Shown here one piece after another: positions 13,511 to 25,600 of a stretch of DNA of 64,000 nt. A model generated the notes under the pieces. It was not told the DNA's origin. It did not search any database and saw nothing but the letters and a program-made list of their open reading frames with translations. The DNA lies in assembly GCA_026026165.1 (NCBI GenBank), contig JAPEUD010000002.1, forward strand, positions 186,001 through 250,000, read 5' to 3'. Position numbers and translations under genes: made by a program. The stretch is from Sarea resinae (Eukaryota). The first letter of the stretch is position 1, and every line of letters begins with the position of its first letter.

Positions 13511-16338
13511 CTATTCACGCAATTGAGAAGGAAATAGACTAGTTCTAGAAGAGAGCCTCTGTGCCTTTGACCTAACAAATAAATCATCCACAGTTGAACG
13601 CGGGCGCTTTCTTTGAGACAATATAGATTGAGCGTTGTCGTGCCTAGAGCGTTAAAGCAAAGACTGCTGCTGTAAAGCAGGTTTATCTGGCTGCACTGTA
13701 GGTAGAGGTGGAAGTGGTAAAGAGTGCTCATCACTAGAAAACCTATACAGGTCTGTGTCATCCTGTATCGCAGGCCCACTATTGATTAAGGTTGGCTCAT
13801 TATCATCACTAATAACAAGTAAATGATCATCAAATTCAGCTGATAGCGTGTGTTGATAATCAGTGTCCTTAGAAATACTGTCAGATTCATCTTCACCTAT
13901 GTGGAAGCAGAGTTCATCGCGATCAAAGTACTTCACAACCATAGTGTTCCGAACTGTTTCTGCTGAAAGGCGACTTCGACAAAAGGTAATAAGGTCTCGT
14001 GCCTCATTGAAAGTCCGTTCAACACTAACAGCAGCTCTAGGTATAGCAAGAATGTCTTTTGCCATTTGTTTAAGCGAGGGCTAGTAGTGTGATCGCTAGA
14101 ACTAGTAGAATGTCAGCACCTGCACACAGAAATGTTACCCGAAAGTGTTACCTGCAAAGGATCCTTGTGATCTGTAGCTGGCGAAGATAGATACTGACTG
14201 ACTAGATCTGTAACAGAGTGATGTTGTTTCTGAAGCGTCTTGGCCTGTGCAAGTGAATTGACATCTAATGCTGATATAGAGAGTGCAGCAACATCTGAGG
14301 AGGCAACTTTAGTTCTTGCATAATGCAACTGATAATAGTCCTCAAATTCGCGCCGGTACTTTCGCAAATATTCATGGCCCTAGTCATCAGACTTCTCAGC
14401 TATTAGCAAAACATTCCTAGAGGACGAGGTAAAGGTAACAGATTTAGGTAACATACTTTATATAGATCAAGCCTTGTTAAGGGATCAAGGATGCATGCTA
14501 AATTGAACATTCTCCCTTGTACTCCTTCAGTATCTCGGTAGTACTTAGAGAGCTTAGTCTTTGCTGCTTCTATAGCAGAAGTAAGCTCTTGTTTCTAGGG
14601 TGTCCGCTTAGGCCGCATCTTGTTTAGATGCTTCTCTAAGTGCTCAAAAATCTGAGAGTATACAAACCAGGTCTTGTAGATAGTTACGCCTTTAGTCTGA
14701 GACACAGCTCTTGTCCAATCATCAAATGGCTTTAGTAAGACAATCAGATAGCGAATATAGTCCTAACCAGTAGGAGAGACACGAGTTCTGCGTATAGCAG
14801 GACTAGTTTCGCTAACAAGAAACATCTGAAGGGCATCTCGCAGCTGCCAGGCCCGCTTCAGCATATTATATGTTGAGTTCCATCGAGTTTTAACATCTTG
14901 GATCATATTGACTAGCGTTAGCTGCAGATCACAAAAGCACGCAGTTCGCTGTGATAAAGCAGCAATATAGACAGCAAGTGCACGAATCTAGAAACTTTAG
15001 AGGTAGTAATAGACAAGGGTTGTTAGCACTTACCTTTTGCAACGTGCTGCTAAAAGAGTCTTCAGAAGGAAGCTGCTGAAGCAGCTCTTAGTCTGCATCT
15101 GACTAGGTATCTTGTATAGACTCGTTCGAAGCAGTAATTTTCAGGCACTTATTAAAAGCCACGACTGCAAGCTGAATGACATGCGCAAGGCAAGGCACAC
15201 GAGCAACCTCATGATCCTATACAATCTGATGGTGATTAGCGAGTAGACTTGTCAGCTCTCGACGCATTGTGTTGTTGTTGCCTGCGTTATCTGTTGTCAC
15301 AGCCAGTATGCGATCCTACAATGTAATGTTACCTAAAAGCGTTACTATAAACATTAAAGACAAACCTGAATGTTGAAACACTGAAGTCGATTGAGTAGTA
15401 ACGTAGCTATGTTGCGACTAGAGTGCTCCCTAGTCATCTTTTCAAACCCTAGGAGGACTTCCTAGTAATTCCAGTCTTCGTCAATAAAATACCCTATTAT
15501 AGAAAGAAAGGATATCTTATTTAGACTCTGCTATGCATCTAGTGCGATAGAAATTTTGGTTTCTAGGCCTAGTCTCTGCAGGATCCTTGGTAAGATCTCT
15601 GTATATCGATTATAAATGTTATTATGAACCCATTGTCGCCCTGGAATTCGAAGGCCTGGCTAGCAAAGGAGGAAGCATTGTTTGAACCAGTGGTTTTCTA
15701 TGATCCGCCATAGAAGATTTGCTGATAGAATTATCTTAAGGAGGAGGCGTTGCCAGCTTAACTAAGAGAATGGCTCTGAGGTTTAGGGAGTCTTTAGTGC
15801 TAAAGCACGTTGCTAGCATTAAGGATAGAGGTATTAGTTAAGAGATCTATTACATATAGCGATATCTTACTGTAGTCTAAAGAGCCTCAAGTGTGCGCAT
15901 TGTGCCTGCTGCAGGAGACTGAGCACACTCTAGAGAGCTATAGTGCTGTTTCATTGCAGAAGTGCCTGTCCCCTTAAGACTAGGATGCTCTTGCCGACGT
16001 CTGCATCGTCGACACATTACCCCTAGGCGGCCAGTTGCAACATCAGCAACCTGGTAGAAGAGAGACTAGGTTGTGCTTTTCCGCGTCCTAGAATCCTATT
16101 GAGGGCTTCTATGTTGACCTATATCTGCATAAGCAGTCTGCTGCCACCAGAAGATAAAAGTATCATGATATGATTGCTGCCAGATAACCATTCGCCGTGT
16201 AGGATCCCTCTGTAACACCTCTAGAACATAGTGAATCGAAGCTGAAGTAATAGTCGTAGGTTTAGACTCAATAGCTGTAGACCTTTGTGTACTATCCCTA
16301 AGTTCCTTATAGTCTGATGTTTCAAACGAATTAGACAT
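13511..16338 (-). pseudogene. hAT transposase (spliced, RIP-damaged)
   Basis: C-terminal hAT dimerisation motif MAKDILAIP..AVSVERTFNEARDLIT..RSRLSAETV. AVTTDNAGNN, RVPCLAHVIQL and DVKTRWNSTY core motifs on the minus strand. Cys/His BED-like N-terminal region near 15.9-16.05 kb. 3' end approximate. Confidence 0.9.
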
Positions 16339-16724
16339 TGTAAAGGAGAAATTTGCAGCGATAAGAAAGTGCAGAAGGCCTCAGAACGTACAGCAGAGTG
16401 AAGAGGTAGGAAGTGCCCTTAACTAGAGAAGTATTTGCTCAAATGTCGACATTAAAGGTTGCTAGGTTTAGCATAACTAAACAAACACAGCAGGGAGACT
16501 ACAGAGAGAGTAATACAATACAGCTGTCTACTAGAGTCATTAGGAGAGAGTTTATGCAGCTAAAATTTGATTAAGAGAATGTGCATTCCTGACGTGATTA
16601 ATGTACGCAATGTTACTAGTAAGTGTTACCTTTTTAGTAAACCAAATTCCAGAGAAAAAGTGAAAATCCACCCCTAGGCAGACACAGACCAATAAAGAAA
16701 AGCCACTCGGCTATAACTGCCCCC

Positions 16725-18584
16725 CTACTTATCGCCATCCCTAGCAGCACTAGAACTAGAGTCCTCCCCTTCAGCATTGTCAGCAGAGTCATCCTTACTC
16801 TCCTCTGCATTGACAGGAACATTCTCAGCCGTTGTCAGCAGAGCCTCCTCTATAGCAGATCCAGCAATAGCAGGGTCCTCTCCTTTAGGAATGTCCTCTA
16901 GCTGAGTTTTCTCTCCCATAGTCGGCAGCACAAAGTCTTCCTTATCACTTGAGATTGGGTCAATATCCTTATCAGATGACAGAAACACTTCTGCTTCTGA
17001 ATTGCTGAACCTAGCAAAATCAGTCCCAGCCTCTGTGTCACTGTCAGAGAGGGTTGCACGGTCCTTAACCCGCTCTACAAACTCTAACATTGCCTCCTTT
17101 GGATTGAGATCACCAGCTTCCACCAGATCATCATAGCTATAGCGGTGGATGTCTCTCTTATAGCGGCGGACCACTTTTAGCAAGCGACTTCTAATGCGTT
17201 TGCCCTATGCTCTAAATGACAAGTCAGGCTCATCTGAATTTTGTCCCTGCTGAACCAATTAGACAAATGCTGCAAAGAAACGTTACCTAAAAGTGTTACC
17301 TTAGGATCGGCACCACTATCAGGTTAGCTATCTCTATTGTCTTTAAGTAGCAAGATATTAACAACATCCTTAACTATCTGCTTGTCGTCCTTAGCCTTTG
17401 CTTTCTCTGCCTTGATAGCCTTTTGCTGCTGCATAGTAACCCACTCAGCAGACTGGTGGAGGAAAAAGCGTCGTTCTATCAATTTGTCTATTTCAGGGTC
17501 CACAACAGTCTCCTCAAAGTCTTGTCGTTGTGCTGTTGTCATACTAGCGTAATTATTCTCGCGACAGAGTTTGCCTCTCAGGGTGGATTTTGCTTTCCTA
17601 TCTGCTCTATCTGCTTTTTTCAGTGTCTTCTTAAACTCAGTATCGCTGAGTTTACTATCTAGCTCTAACTCTAATGCTTCAGACTTCGCTTCCTTAAGCT
17701 GCGCTCTGGCGATCTGTTGTTGTTTGCTGTAGGGAACCATCCTAGGCCTTATCTCACTAGCATGACGTCTTTGTGGGCGGGCTTTCACACGTTCTACTAG
17801 GCTAGCCATCTCTAGGTCGAATGTTCCCTTAGGATGAGAGGAAGTTGTAGGGGTTGCACTGCAAGTTGCACTGATGTCAGTCACTGGCAAACAATGTTAC
17901 CTGAATGTGTTACCTTAGACGTCTCTTCCTAGGAGCAGGAGAGTCTAAGCTCTCTAGCTCATTATCAAGGTCAATCTCCTTCTGCTTCTGTCCCTTAGAT
18001 ATAGTCCTATTGCTTCATTAGCTTTGTGTTTAGAAGTGTTACTAGGATGTGTTACTGCTTCTGCTTCTTATAAGCCTTTCCTACTTTGTCTGAAAACTTT
18101 GCTTTTCTAACCTTGTCTGAGAAATTTGCTTTTGTCTTCTTAACAACAGAGACTATCTCAACTTTATCGCTGCTGTTATTACTAGAGTAGCACTGTCAGC
18201 AGATATCTACAGAATGTGTTACCTAAATGCGTTACCTAGCCTCACTATCTGTCTTCTTATTACCACTTCCTTTCTGACTGCTGCTACTATGCAAGGAATT
18301 GTTCATAACCCTATCCTCAAGATCTATAGGCAGTTAGTTATTGTCTTTGTGTTCTTCTATATCTAGACTTAGCGCAGTTGTGCTGGATTTAGCTTTCTCA
18401 AGCTTTTGCTGTTTCCTGAACTAATGTAAGCCTTCTGTAGTACTATTGTTACCTTAATGTGTTACCCTTAGCTCTGAGCTGCTAGTAGGCTATGATTTCT
18501 AGGAAGAAGTAAGTTTCACCTCACTTTTATCTCACTTAGAAGTCTAGAACTCACCTCTTCTTTATGATAACAGTTTTCTCTATA
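16725..18584 (-). pseudogene. hAT cargo ORF2, multi-exon, Lys/Glu-rich with an acidic C-terminus, function unknown
   Basis: Track ORFs 17324-17890 and 16725-17183, plus upstream exons separated by short GT-AG introns with CTRAY branch sites. Conserved in copy 2. Start codon inferred from a RIP'd ATG and approximate. Confidence 0.6.
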
Positions 18585-18707
18585 GCTGCCTTGTCTTAAG
18601 AGGAGCTTGTAAGAGATGTAAGTGATTTAGAGGGTAATTAGCCAGCTATCTTATCACTTTCTACTGCCTAAACAGTTAGGGAGTTGATAGGATTAATGAA
18701 ATTGATG

Positions 18708-19163
18708 AAATCTTAATGATGTTGATGACAGAAGTGATGAAATTAGAGAGAAAGAGCAACCCTCCTGCTATAGGAGAAGGTTGCTGATGATGTAGGTGGT
18801 AAGGTTGAATTGCGTAGTGGATTTAGGCACGCAAGATTCAGGCGGAAGGTACGTACCTTATTGAACGGTCAATAACATTCACTGCAAGGTACGTACCTTA
18901 TTAAACAGTCAATAACATTCACTGCAAGGTACGTACCTTATTGACCAGCCAATAACACTGACTGAGGTACGTACCTTGCAGTGAATGTTTACCTTAATAT
19001 CACACAGGTCTACCACTCAATTCAACCTTACCACCTACATCATCAGCAACCTTCTCCTATAGCAGGAGGATTGCTCTCTCTTATCAACTTCGTCACTTCT
19101 GTTATCAAACTGACAAGACTTGATAAACTTTATCACTTCTGTTATCAGCATCATTAAGATTTC
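18708..19163. promoter_or_regulatory. Quasi-palindromic intergenic region (putative bidirectional promoter) between divergent ORF2 and the H3-like gene
   Basis: Inverted arms (~18708-18820 versus ~19008-19163) enclose three 40-bp tandem units carrying the palindrome AAGGTACGTACCTT, plus one inverted unit. Confidence 0.6.
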
Positions 19164-19443
19164 TCTCTTAGTGCTCTTTAAGTTTTAAGGTTAAGGTGAG
19201 TTTCAGAACTACTGCTTGATAGTAACACATTTAGGTAACATTTGAGACTGCAAAGGCACTCAGCTAATTATTCCTAACTACAGACAACTCTCTGGATTCT
19301 TTCTTCAATACCAACTAAAGATTCTCCTTTAGCACTCTCTACACTACACTCTCACTCTCTTGACATAATCATAGTCACTAATACAGTAAGTTATTCTTTC
19401 CTGCCTCTACTAGTAACACTTAATAGTAACATTTTACTAGACA

Positions 19444-20176
19444 ATGGCTTGTACTAAGCGTACTGCCCGCAAGACTGTCCCTAGTACTAGTGGGAAAGGA
19501 AAAGGAAAAGGCAAGGGAATGTCTGCTGCTAAGGCTCATCGTGTTACTAGTGGCAAATCCCCACGCAAGAACTTGGCTAGCATGGCAGCACGCAAAGGTC
19601 GTCTTGCTACTAGACAATGCTTCACTACTAGCACATATGCTGAACGCTAAAAGGCCTACAAAGATGCTATGAAAGCATAGGTTCGTGAGGATACTGCCTT
19701 TTATGGTCGTGGTGAGGTTTATAGTGTGCCTAAACCAATCCAACCCTGTCGCACTCGTCTAGGCAGTAAGTCTCAGTCTCTAAACTCTAAGGGTAACACA
19801 TTATAGTAACATTTGAACACCACAGCATCCGCACTCTGTGAAATCAAGAGATTGCAAAAATCTGTTGATTTAGTCATTCTAAAGCTCCCTTTCCAGCGCC
19901 TGGTCTGCGAGGTTACATCTTATCACCGCTACCTCCCTAGAGAGCTCTGTTTTCAGTCATCAGCTATGTATGCCTTGCAAGAAGCCACTAAGGCTTTCAT
20001 AGTTAGGTTCTTTGAAAGTGAGTTTTTCTATCTCTTCTTCTATCCTATACTTAATTTTTCTAGATGTGCTTTAGGCCTGCATTCATCAGAACCGTGTGAC
20101 TATCAATCACAAAGACACTCAGTTTATCAAGGCTTTGATGAAGGGCTTTGGTATCTAGATCTCTAGTGACACATAG
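19444..20176 (+). pseudogene. Divergent histone H3-like gene inside hAT copy 1 (coding exons ~19444-19765, 19826-20017, 20064-20158/20176)
   Basis: MA(R)TKRTARK...T(G)GKSPRKNLASMAARK tail. After splicing: (P)GT-SAL(R)EIKRLQKSVDLVI(P)KLPFQRLV(R)EV...EL(R)FQSSAMYALQEAT(E)AF...FE-NVL.ACIH(R)NRVTINHKDTQ, a complete H3 histone fold. A few RIP-type stops. Confidence 0.93.
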
Positions 20177-22654
20177 GTTAAGTTTCTATAGCATTGGCTC
20201 TAAGGTTTTACTGGTCCTAGTGGCGCAATTAGGGATGCAATTAGGGATGCAGTTAGGGATGCAATCAGGGCTTCTCTAGTCTTCTAGTCACAGGTCATAG
20301 GAAGTCATAAGAGGCTTATAGTTTTTCTCTGCCTTTTAGCATTTTCAGTCTTTACTTTACTTAGTCTACAATAAAGACTCAATAGACTTAGTAACACATA
20401 TAGGTAACATTCGTAGGGTAATAGCGGCTTTTTAATGCTCTGTGAAACATGCCCTGCAATCTATGCTATTTTAGCTACCATCTTTATGTCACGTGACAGG
20501 TACCCACGCCCACCTACTAGGTCCTGTCAGGCGGGTTGATTAGGGCATAGGTACTCGATACCTATGCCTAGGCGGGTTCTTCTACCCCTACCCGCCTAGT
20601 GGGTACCTAAGTGGACACCCTATTTCTAACTTTTTGCCTTTCTCTAACTTTTTAAGAGCCTTTGCTAGTCGTTCCTAATCCTTAGAAGTTTGCTTAACAA
20701 CAGATTTAGAAAGCCCTTGCTTTCTTCCTCCTATAAGTTATTGTATAGCTTCTAAGTTTACTATTCTTATCGCCTTATTAAATAGATACTAAGCTGTAAC
20801 ATGCTTTATATTGTCTAGGTGATTTCTAGACATTTCTGCTTCTAGCAGATAACAGGCATTATTATCTCTCTACTTATTTCTAATCTTTTGTCTTCCTTTA
20901 GCAATGCGCTTCTTCTTATTATAGGATTCCTTAGTAAGATTAAATATCTTAAGGATGTTGCCTATCTAGTGCGTCTTAATATACTTAGCTAACACTAAGT
21001 CCTTTTTAACTTCTTTAACACTCTATTTATACATCTACAAATAACAGGTATAGTGCTTACTTATCTTATTAATAAAAGTCTTATAGAAGTTGACTTTTTC
21101 TTAGGGGTTAGCTATTATGCTTATATAAGTGTAAATAGATTCTACATTCTAGAATAGGATGCTAGAAATAGTTATAAACATATCTTTTGCCTTAAGCGCT
21201 GTTGTACTAGGTGTAGCTAGTGTAAGAGAGGTGTAGGGCAAGGTAGAAGACATATTAGTCCTCTAGTTTTCTTCTAGTTAGTCCTAGAGATTAGACTGTG
21301 TGATATGTCTTAGAGAACTTAACTTAGCTGCTAGCGCTTCTAATATTAAGGTGTCTACTTCTTCTTCCTAGGTATTGCTAAGTGATTGCTTAATGTATGC
21401 TTACCTAGCAAGTAGTTCTTTAGCTAGTTTAGTTTAGCTATGTGATTTAAGGGCTTCTTCTAGTCCTTTGCCTTTAAATTCTTCACAGATAATAGAGAGA
21501 TTAAGCTGTGTAGTAAGGGTAATAAAGAGGTCCTAGCTGTTGCCTTTAGATAAGGTAGATAGAGGTGCTAGGGTTTCTTCTTATATAGACAATTGCTAGC
21601 CAGCTATTTTTAGCGATTCTTATCTCCTAGACTATCTAGAAGATTAGAGAGAGCAAATATCCTTAAGAGTATAAAAAGATTTTTCTCCTAGGAATGCTAA
21701 GAGATTATAAATAACTATAGAGCGTGATTAGATAAGAGAGGCAATTATGCAGATTTTCGCTTATTATCTAATAAGGCGTTAGACAGCAAGTGCTAATAGT
21801 AAGCAAGCTAATAAGGTAAGAAGCATAAGCAAGCTAATTAAGAAGAGAGGTCTATAATAGGTAAATAATATAGGAAGAGCAGATAAGACAGCAGCAGCAG
21901 AAATTGCATAAGAAGTAGGAAAATATTTAGAGAAGATAGAGGCAAGCAGGCAGAAGATGTTTTCTTATAGTCCTTGCTTAGAGTGTATATAACTAGATTC
22001 CTGCTAATAATTGTTAGATATTAGCGTAAAAAAAGTGTTATCTTGCTTTTCTTTATAGTGAATTTTAGCGTGTTATTAAGCTAAAGTAGTAGCTGCAGCG
22101 TTAGTGATGCGCTTAAGCAAGGTTCTTTGTTATCTGTATTGCTTCTTTATTTACCCTTACTTTTATGCGTGTTTCGCACCTAAAAGTAAGGTGAAAGTGA
22201 GATAAATTTAAGATAAGGTTAAGCGAGTAGTAAAAACAATCTTTGCAACGCTAACTAAGGCGAATAGTAGCTGTAAGGCAGATATATAGTGCTTATATAA
22301 GTTAGGAATGCTTGTCATGCGATTTTACTAACTTATAGCGTGTTGTTAAATTTAGATAGAGGCTGCATGCTTTGTAGTGTTACCCTTTAGGTCTGACTAG
22401 AAGATTAGGCTAGTAGAGTCTGTTTTGCCTTAATATAAGCTAAAGAAGTAAAGTAATATAATGTGTAATAAATTAGAAATGTTATTGCAGATTGTTAGGT
22501 ATACTATGCTATACAATATAAGCTACGCCTCTTACACCTCTAGCAAGGTAGACTATAGTTAAAAAGATCTAGCTAGATAAGGTTATGCATATACACACCT
22601 CTCTCTAGTTTCTTTTAAAACTTCTAGCTAGGCTAGAAAGTTTTGTGCTATATA

Positions 22655-25600
22655 ATTAGCTAAGGTAGGATAATAACAGCGAACAATCTTCTGCAAGGCA
22701 CTAAGGTCTATAAGGCTTTGTATTCTTCTTAAGTTACTTAATTATTATTATCCTTAAGGTCCTTAGACTAAGTATTATTAGTATTATCTGCAGACTTATC
22801 TTTAATCAGATAATTAGGTATAGAGGTAGGCAATCGTGTGTTCCTTACAGAATTAGGTAGAGAAGGTTAGCATATAAATTTCTTTAGACAATTTCTAGGT
22901 GCAGTGCTGTTTAACTTAGCGCTGTTAAGTTTAGCAAGCTAGTAAGTTCCTTAGACAGAGTCAGCCTATATAACACGATAGAGGCCTATCTACCTATAGC
23001 AGAGTTTGCTTTAGAGCGAGTAGTCTATAGCAAGCTTAGTGTTATGTAGTAATACTATATTATTAACGTTAAATTTATCTAGGTAGAGATTATAAACTTT
23101 ATTAAATACTTCTTTGCCTTATTTATACATGCAGTGTAAATATAGCTAGGTCTTCTATAGATCTTTGTTGTAGCGTTGTATTTGCTAAGCCTATAATGCT
23201 AGTAATTCTATAGTAGTTCAGACTAAGTTCTAGTCTAATACGTGCTAGGTAGGAAGGTCTAATTTAATAGGCAAGACTGTGTTATATCTATATAGCACTT
23301 AATAAGGTGTCTAGCTAATAGAAACTTAAACTGTAGTGCAGTCAGCCTATAGGACTATGTGTAAGTTCTAGACCTAATTCCCTATACCTCTGTCTGTTAT
23401 CTTAGCTAGTGCATTAATAATAGAGGTATAACCTCTTTCTACTAGGCTATTTGCTTGCAGGTAGTATACTAAGACTATAACGTGATTGATTTTATACTTC
23501 TTTATAAGAATATATATAGACTGCTTGTTCTCTAGTCCTTTGTTAGTAACTAGCTTCTAAAAGCATCTGTAGCAGCAGATAATATCCTTGTAAAGGAATT
23601 TAGCAATAGTAGCAGAGGTAGCGTCTCTTATAGCGCGTGCTTCTACCTAGCTAGAAAAGTCATCCTAGGTAACAATAATGTTCTTCTTATTCTAGCAAGC
23701 TAGCATATGTATTATGTTAAGGCTAACCTTCTCCTAATAGGCAAAAGACTAGGTTAGGTGCAAGGCCTTCTCTTCTTATTTAAGGGCTCTCTCTTAACAC
23801 TTCTAGCAGCTCCTAATGTATGTTACTACTTCTAGATATAGATTGCTCTACTAGTATCTATCTGCAATGCGCTAATAGGTGCTTTCTTAGCCTCTATATC
23901 CTCTTTAATTGTAGGCCTCCTCTAGGATGCAGGCTTTGTTAGTGTCTTAGTTAATAACTCTTTAAAGTAGTATATTCTTAGAGGCATGCTTAAACAAGTG
24001 TTAGTCGCGAACTAAGAATTTTAGGGCGTGATTCTTAAACTTATAGAACTCTTTTGCGCTTATTTCTGCTAGCTACACTAGAGAAAGAAGCTATTATACA
24101 ATCTTCTGCGATTTATCTAAGTAACTATCCTTAAGAGGTAATAGAGGTTCTGCCTCTACGCTATCGCTATTCACAGATACAGAAAAGACTTAAACAAGGT
24201 ATAACTCTAAGTCTATTACGTTGTTAATGTCTGCCTTGTTTTCTATATTAGCGATATCTTCTGCAGTAGCTAGCTAACAAGATAATCTATTAGCAGCACT
24301 ATGCTTTTAACTAAGAACATGTTAAATAGTAAAGTTAAAAAGGCGAATCTATACAAGCTATTAAGTGATAAGAGCACTAGAAAGGTTAGCTGCAGGCATA
24401 TTAAGTTGTGCAACTAGGGTATTAGCATTAAGTTCTACTATAAAGGTCTAACTATATAGGTAGACTTAGACTTTCTTTAGCGCCTTTAGCAGGCCTTAGT
24501 ATTCTTGCTTTCCTACATTGTACTTTTTCTCTGCGTTATTCTAGAGTCTACTCTTAAATCAAACAGAGTGCTGTTTTCTAGTCTCTAGATTAACTTGTAT
24601 AAGGTTTGCTCTCTAGCCTTCTCTACTAGCATTAACTCTAAGTATAATCTCTCCTTCTCTTAGTCTATAGATAATTATCACTAGTGCTAGCGCAGTAGTA
24701 AGAGTGTACTTTAGCTTATCTATAGCTAACACCTAATCTAGTCTTTAGACAAATTTAATATCCTTCTTAAATAAGATAAAGATTAGCCTAGTAATAATAG
24801 CAAACCTGTTAATAAAGATCTTATAGTAGATGTATATACTGATAAAAGCCCTAGCTTCTATAACATTCTAACAATTAGGCTATTTAACAATCTTTAGCAC
24901 TTTAGTGCTGTTAGAGTGTTAGCTGTCTAAGTTGCAGACATAGCTAACAATCTTAATGCCTCCTATATAGAATTAAGATTTCTTGCTAGATACTATGTAG
25001 CTAGACTGCTCTATGTCTGCTAGAACCTTATTAAGTGATTAGATATGCTTAGCTATATAGCGCCTGATTCTAGGTAAAATTTCTTTGCCTCTATAGTTAG
25101 ATTAAGGCCCTTTAACACTAATATTGTCTAGAAAAGGTTAAGTAAGATTAGGAATGTAGTCGCTAAGAATCTTTGTAACAATGCAGACAAATTACACAAC
25201 TAAGTTTATAGCTCCTTAAGGTAAAGTTGTCTAGCAAAGCAGGCCTAGAGGTGTTATAAAGGCAGTTATATCCTAGCATTCTTCTACTAGTTTAATCTAA
25301 TTATATCCTAAGAAGAAATTAATAAGTGAGGCAACTTATATGCTAGCAAATTCCTTAGAAAATTCTTCTACTAAAGGCAGAAGGTTTGTATCTTAAATTA
25401 TAACCTTATTTATTGCTATTACTGTGTTAACTATACAATACTTTCTAGACTTCTTCTTAACTAAGAACTATAGGTTTTAGTACAGTCTGTAGCAGTGTTC
25501 TAGTAACCTATTCTTTAATTGTTCTTATAGCATTTTAATAACTACTCTGTTTAGTGCTTATAGAACTAAAAAACTATTAGCTTGCTAAGCAGTATGCAGA

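Larger units (their letters stand above)
13074..20622 (-). mobile_element. hAT-superfamily DNA transposon, complete copy 1 (7549 bp)
   Basis: Imperfect TIRs TAGGCTGTCCACTTGGGT / TAGGGTGTCCACTTAGGT. Perfect 8-bp TSD TTTCTAAC (13066-13073, 20623-20630). GGCGGG/CCCGCC subterminal repeats. hAT transposase inside. Confidence 0.96.
10621..21607 (-). pseudogene. Gypsy B cargo ORF, a homolog of the dioxygenase ORF at 4715-7984, split by hAT copy 1 (pieces 20631-21607 and 10621-13073)
   Basis: Minus-strand translation near 11640-12200 gives EEFACYKH..., LISYPYY, GFY(H)LD(Q)N...GAN(M)I(Q)FAIAI...NC and L(R)VTNPKAA(H)(G)...RVIY. These are collinear with EFDMYRH, LVSYPYY, FFHLDQN...GANMIQVAVSI...NC and LRVTMPTIPHG...RVIF of element A. 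Confidence 0.82.

Noticed and set aside
18846..18990. CRISPR-like array
   Set aside because: The 'spacers' are near-identical (simple 40-bp tandem units), the context is eukaryotic, and there are no cas genes.
19444..20176. H3-like gene as the host's canonical H3 or centromeric CenH3
   Set aside because: It lies inside a TIR/TSD-bounded element in two copies and is too divergent for canonical H3. It keeps a canonical-type tail and Q68/F84, which CenH3 typically lacks; only the longer loop 1 is CenH3-like.
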